36,875 bases of DNA, from NCBI GenBank assembly GCA_040754655.1, contig JBFMCE010000036.1, positions 1 to 36,875 on the forward strand. The letters are read 5' to 3'. Both the position numbers and the translations under genes were made by a program. Each line of letters begins with the position of its first letter. Position 1 is the first letter of the stretch. Of the stretch, positions 20,052-29,859 are shown in pieces. Origin of the DNA: Bdellovibrionota bacterium (GTDB lineage: Bacteria; Bdellovibrionota; UBA1018; UBA923). Under the pieces are notes generated by a model that was given only the letters and a program-made list of their open reading frames with translations, searched no databases and was not told the origin of the DNA.

Positions 20052-20966
20052 ATGTTAAAGCGCTCTTTTATTAAATATTTTCTATTGATATCAATACTTG
20101 CATCTAACGCCGCATTTGCAATGATGCCCCCTCGCGCAAAAAAAGACATCGCCCCCACTCATGCATTTGAAGCTGAGTTCGAGAAGCTCTACGACCAAAA
20201 TCGAAAAGGACTCAATGTTTTCTATCGTGAAGGGCGAGCCGTGCAACTTGAGGGCGCCGCCAGTCACGAAGCGGTAGCGGAGTATCTGAAACAGTATAAC
20301 CTCACTCCTCTTCCACTTGGCAATGGCCTTACACCGGTTCTTGTAGGCATCAACGTAATGACGGATGTCATTGGTTGCGGCTGCCCCAGCGAATTCTCTG
20401 AGGCGTGGATCGCCTATTTCACTGTTGAAGGGCACCCTCATAAAGAGGCTCTGAGCCCTGCTGCGATAAGCGCTACCTTTAGCCATGTGATTACAGACAA
20501 TCCAATTCGCCAAGGCGTCATGGCCGCGAAATATGGAACTTCTTCCTCTAAGGCTTCTCGCATCTTGGTTTCAAAAAACCTTGATTCTGTAGTTATCTAT
20601 GATGCCGTAGGTCGTGAGATTTTGAGTGCAAGCCTTGGCAAGCACAACAAGCTCACCCAAAAAACTGAAAGAGAAGAAAGCGATGTCATCGCAAGATCTT
20701 TGGGCGTAGGCACCTTAAAACCGGTTTTCTATCATCTCAAAAGCGACAAGATGAGAGAAGCAGTGGCTTTTGTTTCGCCAGATGCGGCGAGACAAGCGCA
20801 AGCGGCGAACCCAGAGGCAGGTCCCATCAAGCATGACAATTACAAGGCGAATGATAAAACCGAGATGGGCGGTTATCTTAAAAAAATTGCTTTCATACCC
20901 TTGAGATGGTCGGCCTCGAATCAATTCAAGACAGTGATGTCACCGGCGCTTCCATTAGAGAAGTAA
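20052..20966 (+). CDS. Secreted hypothetical protein, possibly acetoacetate-decarboxylase-like fold
   Basis: AGGAG RBS; Sec signal peptide MLKRSFIKYFLLISILASNAAFA; fold call is a pattern-level inference only. Confidence 0.7.
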   Translation: MLKRSFIKYFLLISILASNAAFAMMPPRAKKDIAPTHAFEAEFEKLYDQNRKGLNVFYREGRAVQLEGAASHEAVAEYLKQYNLTPLPLGNGLTPVLVGINVMTDVIGCGCPSEFSEAWIAYFTVEGHPHKEALSPAAISATFSHVITDNPIRQGVMAAKYGTSSSKASRILVSKNLDSVVIYDAVGREILSASLGKHNKLTQKTEREESDVIARSLGVGTLKPVFYHLKSDKMREAVAFVSPDAARQAQAANPEAGPIKHDNYKANDKTEMGGYLKKIAFIPLRWSASNQFKTVMSPALPLEK

Positions 20967-20976
20967 GGACTGTTTC

Positions 20977-21025
20977 GATTTGAGCGGCTCTGAGTATCTT
21001 GACTCCGAGCCGCTCAAGTCTTTTT
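20977..21025 (+). terminator. Rho-independent terminator
   Basis: GATTTGAGCGGCTC / GAGCCGCTCAAGTC stem (one G-U) plus inner GAGT/ACTC, followed by TTTTT, 10 bp after the stop codon. Confidence 0.85.
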
Positions 21026-21119
21026 CCATCGACGATCCTTCAAATTCGATTTGCAGTTTGAACCTAGGAAAATTTTTCCTCGGTCCCCGCCCATAAGTGT
21101 TTTCGTGCGACCTCTATTT

Positions 21120-21148
21120 TTGCCCCATCTCATGCTTCGGCGTATCAT
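21120..21148 (+). promoter_or_regulatory. Candidate sigma70 promoter TTGCCC-N17-TATCAT
   Basis: 17-bp spacing, 32 bp upstream of ATG 21181; supports this start over GTG 21097. Confidence 0.5.
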
Positions 21149-21180
21149 TAAGAATAGATAGAACTGGAATAACCTCTCAA

Positions 21181-24100
21181 ATGGAACAACGCTTTTACAA
21201 GGTTCGTTTATCGAGCGGAAGGGTGCTTGGTCCCCTTGATCTTGCTCGAGTAAAACGTTTCATTGCTCAAAACGTCATCACTGGCGCTGAGACCGTGAGG
21301 CTTTATCCGACAGGCGAATGGAAAGACGTCAATGGTTATCCTGAAATAGCTGACCTCTTGCTGCAAAAGCTAGAGAACCGGCTTGAGATCGAGCCCTTCC
21401 CTGAAAAAGTGGATCTCGATGATAAAGTTGAGGTTTCCGGGGAAGAAATCGTTGCTCTCGAAAAACCTAATGCCCTGCCTCCTCCTCCCGTTCCCTCGGA
21501 TGAGGTCCCTAGTCTGCCAGATGCGACTTCTAATCCTTCTCAAATTACTCCGGAGCTAGAGCTCGCAGTGGTTCCTGATGATACTAAACCAGATCCAGAC
21601 AAGACCTTGGTGCTCGCCGCCAGCGAAGATGACAAGACGGTGATGTACACGCCTGAAGATGAAGAGAGGGCCTTTCGAAAACCCGAAGAGCGAGCCGTGG
21701 CACAGGTTGAATTGGGGCAATTGGCGCGCGATCTTAAATTGAATAACCCCGATCAAGTCGAATCGAACCGCGTGGATCCCGCGATTGCAAACGAGAAAAC
21801 CCAGGTGCTTTCTCTCGCGCCTGATCCGCAAAATCAAAAACAGAATTCGGAGGCACCTCTCAAAAAGAAAAAACGCTTGAGTTTTTCAGGGCTCCCGCTG
21901 CGGCAAAAAGCCTTTATTGCGGTAGGAATCTCGGCTGCTCTTTTGCTCTTATTCAGCCCTGAAACCACTGAGCGGCCGAAACTTGAACCACCTTTTCAAG
22001 TGGAAATGCCGATAGCCCAAACACCAGATCCGCAGAAGAGCGAGAGTCATTTCCTGGAGGGGTTGAAAGTCTACAATCAAGATACGGTCGATGGGTACAA
22101 AGAAGCTTCAAAGCTGTTCAGAAAGGCGGCTTCGCTTGACCCAAACAACGTGCGGGCTCTTTGTTTTCTGGCCAGCAGCTACATGAACTTGATCGATGTG
22201 GCCAGGCGAGATGAGAATTACTTCAACGTGATCACGCGTCTGATCGAGCTTGAGCGCGCCAAGGGTTTGGATCTGGCTGAAACAGTGCTTGCAGATGTTG
22301 AGCTCTATCACATCCTCGGAAATCCCGACGCTGCGATCAACCGCATCGTAGAGTTTTCAAAGAGCCATCAATTCGGCCCTGAGATGTTCTATTATCTTTC
22401 ACTGAGTTTTTACTACAAGGCGCAATACCCGGAAGCGCTGAAGTACTTGAATAATATCGAAGCCTCCCACTACTTCAGCCCCAAGATCAACTATCTCTAC
22501 GGATTGATCTATCAGAGCACGGGTCAGAATGAAGACGCCATCAAGTCATTCCGGGAAGTCGTAGCGAAAAGTCCAAAACACGTCAAAGCGAGAGCGAAGC
22601 TCGTGGAACTGCTTTTCAGCAAAGACAATCTGACTGAGGCGAATAAACATGCGGATTTCATTCTTCAAAACGTGAACCTCGCTTCGAAGGCTGAGCTTGC
22701 CCTGGTTTACTATTACCATGCAAGAATGCACCTTGTCGCCGGGCGCGAACAAGAAGCCTTGGATGAGCTCGAGCTTGCCCACAAGTACAACCCTGACAGC
22801 AGCGATACTTTGCTTGAACTTTACACGTTGAAGGCCAGGATGGGCGCTAAAGTCAAAGAAGCGCAGAGCAAAGCGAAAATGTTTCACCTCTTGGCTCAGG
22901 GAGAACGCGCCCTTAAAGAGGGCAAACTTGAAACGGCGCTTGCCCATTTCCTGGGTGCGCGAGACCTGCAATACAGTGATCCCACTCCCTTGCTGAAGCT
23001 TGCCGAGGTCTTTAGGCGCAAGGGTGATTTGCAGTCAGCCAAAATCAATTATGCCAAGGCCGTGAAGCTCGTGCCCAGGCGCGTTGAGATTTATCCCAAA
23101 TACATCCGCATCTTGATCGATGCTTATGAATTTGAAGAAGCGTCAAACGTTCTCAAGGCCTTTAAAGGCTTGAACCCCGCGGTCTCTCAGGTTGATCGAT
23201 TGCAGGGAGATTTTTATTTCAAACAAGAGAAGCTTCAAGAGGCGCACGCATATTACAAGCGCGCTCTTTCTGCGACAAACGTTGATTCTTCGATCTACGT
23301 CGCTTATGCGAGCCTCATGTTTAAAGGTTCTAATTTTCGGGATGCCGCGTTTTACTACGGCCTCGCGCGCAGGTTTGATCCGTACAATGTGGAAGCGGTT
23401 GTCGGCACGGGCAAAGCGCTTGCTGAGATCGAGGGTCTTGAGCGCGGAGTCGAATACGTGCAAACCTTGGTTTCACAGTCTCCCAATAAAGCCGCCCTAT
23501 TGAACGGCATTGCAGAGATTTACGTGCAAAAAGGCGACTACGCCTCGGCCGTGAAGTACGCGAAGAACGCGCTAACCGTTGATTCAGGCCTCGCTATTGC
23601 GCACAAAACCCGAGGAGACGCGCTCGCCGCTCAAGACAAGTATAAGGAAGCGCTTGATGCCTACCTGACCTATACCAATCTCGCTCCACTTGATCCAACG
23701 GGCCACATCGAAAGATACAAGCTCTTCTTAAAGAAGCTTGACCTCAAATCTGGCAAAGACGCGATTTTCACGGTGATCGAAAATTTCCCCAAATATCCCG
23801 GCGTTTATTACATGTTGGGAGAACTTTATCGCATAGGACAAGATTACAAGTCGGCTATTGAAGCGGCACAGGTCGAAATCAAGAACAACCCCACCTATGA
23901 AGATGCCTACATTTTAGCGGGTAAATCTTATAACCTCATGGGCGATTATCGAAACGCGATCGATGCCTTGAATCGCGCCCTCAAACTCAATCCCCTGAAG
24001 GTTCAAGCGCTTATTCAAGCAGGATTTGCAAATCACATGTTAAAGACATATGCTGCCGCTCAGTCGATGCTTGAACGTGCCTTGGCGCTGGATCAAGGTA

Positions 24101-24243
24101 ATCCTGAGATACACAAGCGCCTCGGAGTGCTCTATCACGACTTGGAAAACCGAGACAAAGCGAAGCAGCATTTTAGGGCGTATCTTGACCTCTACCCCGA
24201 CGCTCCGGACCGCGCTGAAATCGAACGCTATCTTGGTGGATGA
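21181..24243 (+). CDS. Large membrane-anchored TPR protein with N-terminal GYF_2-like domain
   Basis: N-terminus YKVRLSSGRVLGPLD...GEW resembles GYF_2; acidic Pro-rich linker; one TM segment (AFIAVGISAALLLLF) after KKKKR; many TPR motifs (A..LDP.N, YYMLGELY, ALKLNP). Confidence 0.85.
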   Translation: MEQRFYKVRLSSGRVLGPLDLARVKRFIAQNVITGAETVRLYPTGEWKDVNGYPEIADLLLQKLENRLEIEPFPEKVDLDDKVEVSGEEIVALEKPNALPPPPVPSDEVPSLPDATSNPSQITPELELAVVPDDTKPDPDKTLVLAASEDDKTVMYTPEDEERAFRKPEERAVAQVELGQLARDLKLNNPDQVESNRVDPAIANEKTQVLSLAPDPQNQKQNSEAPLKKKKRLSFSGLPLRQKAFIAVGISAALLLLFSPETTERPKLEPPFQVEMPIAQTPDPQKSESHFLEGLKVYNQDTVDGYKEASKLFRKAASLDPNNVRALCFLASSYMNLIDVARRDENYFNVITRLIELERAKGLDLAETVLADVELYHILGNPDAAINRIVEFSKSHQFGPEMFYYLSLSFYYKAQYPEALKYLNNIEASHYFSPKINYLYGLIYQSTGQNEDAIKSFREVVAKSPKHVKARAKLVELLFSKDNLTEANKHADFILQNVNLASKAELALVYYYHARMHLVAGREQEALDELELAHKYNPDSSDTLLELYTLKARMGAKVKEAQSKAKMFHLLAQGERALKEGKLETALAHFLGARDLQYSDPTPLLKLAEVFRRKGDLQSAKINYAKAVKLVPRRVEIYPKYIRILIDAYEFEEASNVLKAFKGLNPAVSQVDRLQGDFYFKQEKLQEAHAYYKRALSATNVDSSIYVAYASLMFKGSNFRDAAFYYGLARRFDPYNVEAVVGTGKALAEIEGLERGVEYVQTLVSQSPNKAALLNGIAEIYVQKGDYASAVKYAKNALTVDSGLAIAHKTRGDALAAQDKYKEALDAYLTYTNLAPLDPTGHIERYKLFLKKLDLKSGKDAIFTVIENFPKYPGVYYMLGELYRIGQDYKSAIEAAQVEIKNNPTYEDAYILAGKSYNLMGDYRNAIDALNRALKLNPLKVQALIQAGFANHMLKTYAAAQSMLERALALDQGNPEIHKRLGVLYHDLENRDKAKQHFRAYLDLYPDAPDRAEIERYLGG

Positions 24244-25545
<1,302 letters not shown>

Positions 25546-25631
25546 TATGACCGGGATACGCCATTTATTATATGGAGCTACCTTAAAGAAGCCGCTCATT
25601 CTTTAGGAACAGATTTTTTTCTCTCATTTGC

Positions 25632-25721
25632 GGAGAGGTGTCTGAGCGGTTGAAAGAGCCGGTCTTGAAAACCGGTGATCTCGCAAGGGATCCGTGAGTT
25701 CGAATCTCACCCTCTCCGCCA
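25632..25721 (+). tRNA. tRNA-Ser, anticodon UGA
   Basis: GGAGAGG/CCTCTCC acceptor stem, G73 and encoded CCA, anticodon arm CCGGT-CTTGAAA-ACCGG, long variable arm, GTTCGAATC T-loop; 90 nt. Confidence 0.97.
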
Positions 25722-25784
25722 TAAATTAAAAAGGCCGAGTCCCGAACAGGGGTTCGGCCTTTTTAATTTATGGCGGAGAGGGTG
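25708..25784. repeat. 31-bp perfect inverted repeat containing the tRNA-Ser 3' end
   Basis: CACCCTCTCCGCCATAAATTAAAAAGGCCGA (25708-25738) is the exact reverse complement of 25754-25784; the inner part also looks like a bidirectional terminator (AAAAAGGCCGA...TCGGCCTTTTT). Confidence 0.95.
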
Positions 25785-26042
25785 GTCGATGAGAACTCAG
25801 CTTCATGAACCGAGGGCGAGCAATCCTCGCTTCTGTGAACCCAATCTTTATGCAGGAATAAAAGGGTTTCCCGACGGCATGCTTTCTAATTGGCAGTGTT
25901 TACAAGCGTTAGCATTTGGATGGGCATTTGACTGTTCAAAGAGCATAGATCAATTATAAAGATAGGAAACGGTTTCGCGTTGAGGGGTTTTAAATTGAAC
26001 TACCTTGAATATGATTACAATTTCATATCTTCCTTAAAGAAA

Positions 26043-26771
26043 GTGAAAATTATATTTTTGATTGTTGCGATGGAGTCAGAAGAGAAAGCGATTCTGGGAG
26101 AGGGCACCTTCTCTGAAAAGACATTGGGAAAAAGAATCAAAATTAGGGTCAAAGAACTCAAGACAGCAAATCGTAAAATTATCATAGGTAGATCTGGTGT
26201 CGGTTTGGTCAACGCGGGCATTTTATTAAACTTAGCAGCTGAAAGCTATCCCTTAGACGCGGTAGTGCTTTTGGGGGTTGGAGGGGCGCTGGATGAAAGA
26301 CTGCAACCTGGAGACACCGTTGTTTCCAACAAGATTATCCAGCATGACTCAATATCTAGCCATGAAGATGGCGATCATCTTATTGCTCCCGGAGAATTGA
26401 CTTTGTCGGCTCCACAAAATGAGCAGGTTGATCCGGTTATGAGATGTGATGAAAAATTAAAAAACTGGATCAAAAGCTTGTTACTCCCATCAACTGGAAA
26501 AGTCTATGAAGGCACCATTTTATCTGGGAGTGAATTTGTAGCAAATTCTCTGAGAAAAAAAGATCTCAGGAAGCTAGATAAAGATGCGCTTCTGGTTGAT
26601 ATGGAGTCGGCAGCGTTGGCTCAAATTGCTCGAAAATTGAAATTACCGTTTGTAGCGGCGAAAACGGTGGCTGACAGAGCAAATCCAAAAAAATCCATTT
26701 CCGAAGATTATAAAGCATTTCTTTCAGCTGCATCTGAACACGGAAGGCATGTGATCAGAGGATTAAAGTGA
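26043..26771 (+). CDS. mtnN: 5'-methylthioadenosine/S-adenosylhomocysteine nucleosidase family protein
   Basis: VAMESE, SGVGLVNA, GVGGAL, GTILSGSEFV, VDMESAALAQ, KTVADRA; GTG 26043 likely start; visibly AT-rich. Confidence 0.82.
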   Translation: MKIIFLIVAMESEEKAILGEGTFSEKTLGKRIKIRVKELKTANRKIIIGRSGVGLVNAGILLNLAAESYPLDAVVLLGVGGALDERLQPGDTVVSNKIIQHDSISSHEDGDHLIAPGELTLSAPQNEQVDPVMRCDEKLKNWIKSLLLPSTGKVYEGTILSGSEFVANSLRKKDLRKLDKDALLVDMESAALAQIARKLKLPFVAAKTVADRANPKKSISEDYKAFLSAASEHGRHVIRGLK

Positions 26772-26809
26772 TGAAACTGATGTTTGCGGCGAATCAGCCA
26801 TTCGAAAAC

Positions 26810-26837
26810 CGATTTTCGGCGACGGCGCCGGAAATCG
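26810..26837. terminator. 12-bp hairpin, possible terminator
   Basis: CGATTTTCGGCG-ACGG-CGCCGGAAATCG (one G-U); short U-tract only on the minus strand. Confidence 0.4.
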
Positions 26838-27069
26838 AAACTAAACAAGTAAAAAGAAAGACATAGCGATGGAAAAATGGTCTCGGCCCACTCTCGAATA
26901 GTCAGGCGAAATCACGCAAAATCACGGGACCTGTAAGCAATCGAAGGCAAAAGCAGCTCGTCAGCCCATCAAAAGAAAATGCAATGTGAATGTCTTGCAC
27001 AGCTGAAGCATTGAACTGATCTCTTCTTTCAGTGGATTTACCCGAATTTACGCAGCCTAAATAGATTCC

Positions 27070-27098
27070 TTGACAACTGTTTCCTAGTAAACTATTAT
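27070..27098 (+). promoter_or_regulatory. sigma70 promoter TTGACA-N17-TATTAT with candidate MarR operator in the spacer
   Basis: Consensus -35, near-consensus -10, 17-bp spacer holding the near-palindrome GTTTCCTAGTAAAC (27079-27092). Confidence 0.8.
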
Positions 27099-27117
27099 TG
27101 AGCTACTAGGAGATGGC

Positions 27118-27588
27118 ATGGCGAAAAAGCAAAAACTCGAGGCGAGCAGACTCACTGAGCACATCGGCTATTGGATGAGGCTCGTCTCAAATAACGTCTC
27201 CCATTCGTTTGCCCGCAAACTTGAAGCGAGTGGAGTTACTGTCGCCGAATGGGTCATTTTGCGGGAAATGTACAGTGGCGATGACACCACCTCGCCGAGT
27301 GCGATCGCCGAGTTGACTGGGCTCACCCGTGGCGCGGTTTCAAAGCTCATTACCCGCCTTCTCGAAAAAGGCTTGGTCAGCCGCAAAGAATCTTCGAATG
27401 ACCGCCGTTATCAAGACATTGAGTTAACGACCAAGGGCGCTTCGCTTGTGCCGAAACTCGCAGTGCTCGCCGATCAAAATGACAGCGAGTTTTTTTCGTG
27501 TCTCAATAAGACCGAGCGCTCTCAATTGAAGGCGCTTTTGCAAAAGTTGGCAGAGCATTTCCAAATTAAAACGGTACCTACCGAATGA
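27118..27588 (+). CDS. MarR-family transcriptional regulator
   Basis: wHTH SPSAIAELTGLTRGAVSKLITRLLEKGLV, DRR..IELT.KG; AGGAGA RBS. Confidence 0.93.
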   Translation: MAKKQKLEASRLTEHIGYWMRLVSNNVSHSFARKLEASGVTVAEWVILREMYSGDDTTSPSAIAELTGLTRGAVSKLITRLLEKGLVSRKESSNDRRYQDIELTTKGASLVPKLAVLADQNDSEFFSCLNKTERSQLKALLQKLAEHFQIKTVPTE

Positions 27589-27601
27589 GAGGAGAAAACG
27601 A

Positions 27602-27994
27602 ATGAACGAGTTAGTTGTAAAACCTTTGCTTGAGAAGTCGCTTGCGCGGCAGATCACTTTTCCGGAAATCCTTTCAATACTCGCCAAAGAAGGGGTTGAG
27701 TCTTACCACGTAGATTTTCTGAGAAATGAGTGCCGCTATTACTCAAAAGACGGCGGATCTCTCGCTTTGTCCGTTTCTTTCGAACATGACGGAGTGGCGC
27801 CAGATTTCTCACAGGAAAATTTAGAATCAATCAACCAAAGGGTGCAGGCAGGTCTTGCGACTTTCGCAGACTTTGTCAAAGAAGGCTGCGCAGCCGGATG
27901 CGCGTACTACATCGTCTATATCAATGGCAGAAAGGTCCGCTATTTCGGAAGAAATGGGGACGAACATATTCAACATTTCCCAAACCCAAAGTAG
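27602..27994 (+). CDS. DUF1398 (YbcV-like) family protein
   Basis: Internally duplicated TF.E....L...GV..Y.V / TF.DF......AG...Y.V pattern, ending YFGRNGDEH..HFP; GAGGAG RBS. Confidence 0.75.
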   Translation: MNELVVKPLLEKSLARQITFPEILSILAKEGVESYHVDFLRNECRYYSKDGGSLALSVSFEHDGVAPDFSQENLESINQRVQAGLATFADFVKEGCAAGCAYYIVYINGRKVRYFGRNGDEHIQHFPNPK

Positions 27995-28003
27995 GAGCAT
28001 TCC

Positions 28004-28405
28004 ATGCAAAAAATATCGCGCTCTAAAATCAAAACCGTCGACATTCAAGCCCCCGTGGAAAAGGTCTTCGCTTTTCTCGCTGATCCGATGAATTGGCCAC
28101 GATATGCCGTGGTGAACCTGCGCTCAGTGACTCCGGGCAAGAATGATTGGTACAAAGCGGTCACGAAATTCGGCGAGGGCGAGCTTAAGATTACGCCAAT
28201 CAAGGAGTTCGGACTGTTAGATCACATTTGGAAAGATCCCCAAGCCACGTGGACAGTGTACTCGCGCGTCGTTCCGAATGGCGACGGCGCCACCGTATCG
28301 ATGACGCTCTTTCAACCGCCGATCATGAATGATGCGCAATTCGATCAGGCCATGCTTGAAATGGATATCGAGATGGCGAAGCTGAAAGAAATTCTAGAGC
28401 ACTAG
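28004..28405 (+). CDS. SRPBCC (polyketide cyclase/START-like) family protein
   Basis: TVDIQAPVEKVFAFLADPMNWPRY, C-terminal helix MAKLKEILE; AGGAG RBS. Confidence 0.85.
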   Translation: MQKISRSKIKTVDIQAPVEKVFAFLADPMNWPRYAVVNLRSVTPGKNDWYKAVTKFGEGELKITPIKEFGLLDHIWKDPQATWTVYSRVVPNGDGATVSMTLFQPPIMNDAQFDQAMLEMDIEMAKLKEILEH

Positions 28406-28552
28406 CGGCGGCGAATGATTGAATCCCCAGGTTCCATCATCGAAAACATTTCCTTAGCTTCATTAACTACAAAAAATCGTCGACGTCTTATTCAGACACG
28501 TCTCCTCATGTGTTTGGGTCAAAGGGGCTTAAGGGGTTTCGAAGTAATGCAC

Positions 28553-28996
28553 CTAAGGTTGACGTGTTCTTCCGAGCACTATGTTTAGCGGAGCATCTTC
28601 TGAAAAGGCTGGCACTCTCGCAGGAAAAGCGCAGGATGGACCAGCGCTTCGGGTCCATACGAGATATTCCGGAGCAAAGAGGCTAAAGTCATCGAGTGTC
28701 GCTGCTTTCACGGTAATGATTTCCGGAAGGTCTGTTATCTGAGAAAAGACGTGGCTGCCGCATTCTTTGCAGAAGTTCCGCATCACTGTCGAGCCATCAT
28801 CTGATCTCGTTGTACAAAAGGCCAAACCCTCTGGTGAACATTCAAACGTAACTATATAGAGCACTAACAAGGGACCGCCGTATGCTCCACCGGATCTTTG
28901 ACATTGACGGCAGTAACAGACGCCTTGAGAAATCGGTGGCTGCGAGATTTTGTAGCGCACTTTCTCGCATAAACATCCTCCAGAAATTGAAATCAT
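28553..28996 (-). CDS. GFA (CENP-V/Mss4-like) Zn-binding protein
   Basis: GGCLCEKVRY, CYCRQCQR, RNFCKECGS, ATLDD. Confidence 0.9.
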   Translation of the reverse strand: MISISGGCLCEKVRYKISQPPISQGVCYCRQCQRSGGAYGGPLLVLYIVTFECSPEGLAFCTTRSDDGSTVMRNFCKECGSHVFSQITDLPEIITVKAATLDDFSLFAPEYLVWTRSAGPSCAFPARVPAFSEDAPLNIVLGRTRQP

Positions 28997-29859
28997 ATAG
29001 TGCCTTCCATTTTCTCGTGCAGCTTTTGAACTGCCGTTAAGCCCTCAAGATAAGAATCAACTGAAAACGTCGTTATTCGTGTATTAAAACCTCTCATTTT
29101 ATTATGAAGGTCTTGAATTTCTTGCCGCAATTCCTGCTTTGCAATTTCAATCTCAATTTTATTGGCACAGGTCGCCAGCTCTCCCGTGATGTCGCCGTCA
29201 ATGGCTTCGCGATTGTGAGTTGTCAACACATTGAAAATCCGTCCCATGCGCTGGCCCAATAACAAAACTTCTCGTATGGCACCAAACTCCAAAAAATCTA
29301 TTCGTTCGCATGCCATCAAGTCCATCATCCCCACCATGATCATCCCCATGTTGTGATGAGCGTAAAGACGATTTTCCAAGATGTTCTTCATGTGAGGATT
29401 ACTCATCACAAGAGAGCTATACTGATTTGCCGAATAGAACTGCTTCAGGTCAAAATCGAGAATTTCTCTTAAAGTTCGATAGTGTGGTTGGCGAATAAGA
29501 ATATCTTCCAATTCCGTGAACAGCGATTTGGCAAACTCTACGACATGGTGATCACGGGGATTCAAGCTTCTGACTGAATCACGCCTACCAAAGTTCAATT
29601 GATATAGAATCTCCAGTAAATGGGGATTGTTCTGTGTGGGGCGATCAGCGAAATCATCATAAAGCGTAATTAAAGTACCCAAACAAACTTTTGCTCGCAA
29701 AAGCTCAGAAAACTTGGCCTCGGAGACAAAACTTAGAGTAATCGCGGTATAGCCCTTGACGAGAAACTCACTGAACAAAGCAGGTTTCCGGTAAGGAGCG
29801 ATTTCCGCCATATTTTGTTCGATCGTATTCAACATATGCCGGTCTTTTAGTGCACTCAT
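28993..29859 (-). CDS. Class I terpene-synthase/isoprenoid-synthase-fold protein (atypical)
   Basis: 288 aa; DDxxD (LYDDFAD) and NSE/DTE-spaced NVLTTHNRE followed by xxDGD; ATGA overlaps with both neighbours. Confidence 0.65.
   Translation of the reverse strand: MSALKDRHMLNTIEQNMAEIAPYRKPALFSEFLVKGYTAITLSFVSEAKFSELLRAKVCLGTLITLYDDFADRPTQNNPHLLEILYQLNFGRRDSVRSLNPRDHHVVEFAKSLFTELEDILIRQPHYRTLREILDFDLKQFYSANQYSSLVMSNPHMKNILENRLYAHHNMGMIMVGMMDLMACERIDFLEFGAIREVLLLGQRMGRIFNVLTTHNREAIDGDITGELATCANKIEIEIAKQELRQEIQDLHNKMRGFNTRITTFSVDSYLEGLTAVQKLHEKMEGTI

Noticed and set aside
19855..20158. Short ORFs 19855..20058 (+) and 19949..20158 (-)
   Set aside because: They lie in or overlap a divergent promoter region and the next gene, with no coding features.
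21097..21180. Longer N-termini from the ORF track (also 2514, 3938, 25980, 34004, 34093)
   Set aside because: The extensions run through promoter or operator DNA or the upstream gene; the downstream starts have an RBS or match the family N-terminus.
25632..25721. tRNA-Sec or UGA suppressor, given the TGA triplet and long variable arm next to serS
   Set aside because: TGA is the anticodon (reads UCA, Ser); tRNA-Sec has anticodon UCA and an 8-bp acceptor stem, whereas this stem is 7 bp.
25675..25959. 94-aa ORF
   Set aside because: Overlaps the tRNA and the inverted repeat, has no RBS and no recognisable motif.
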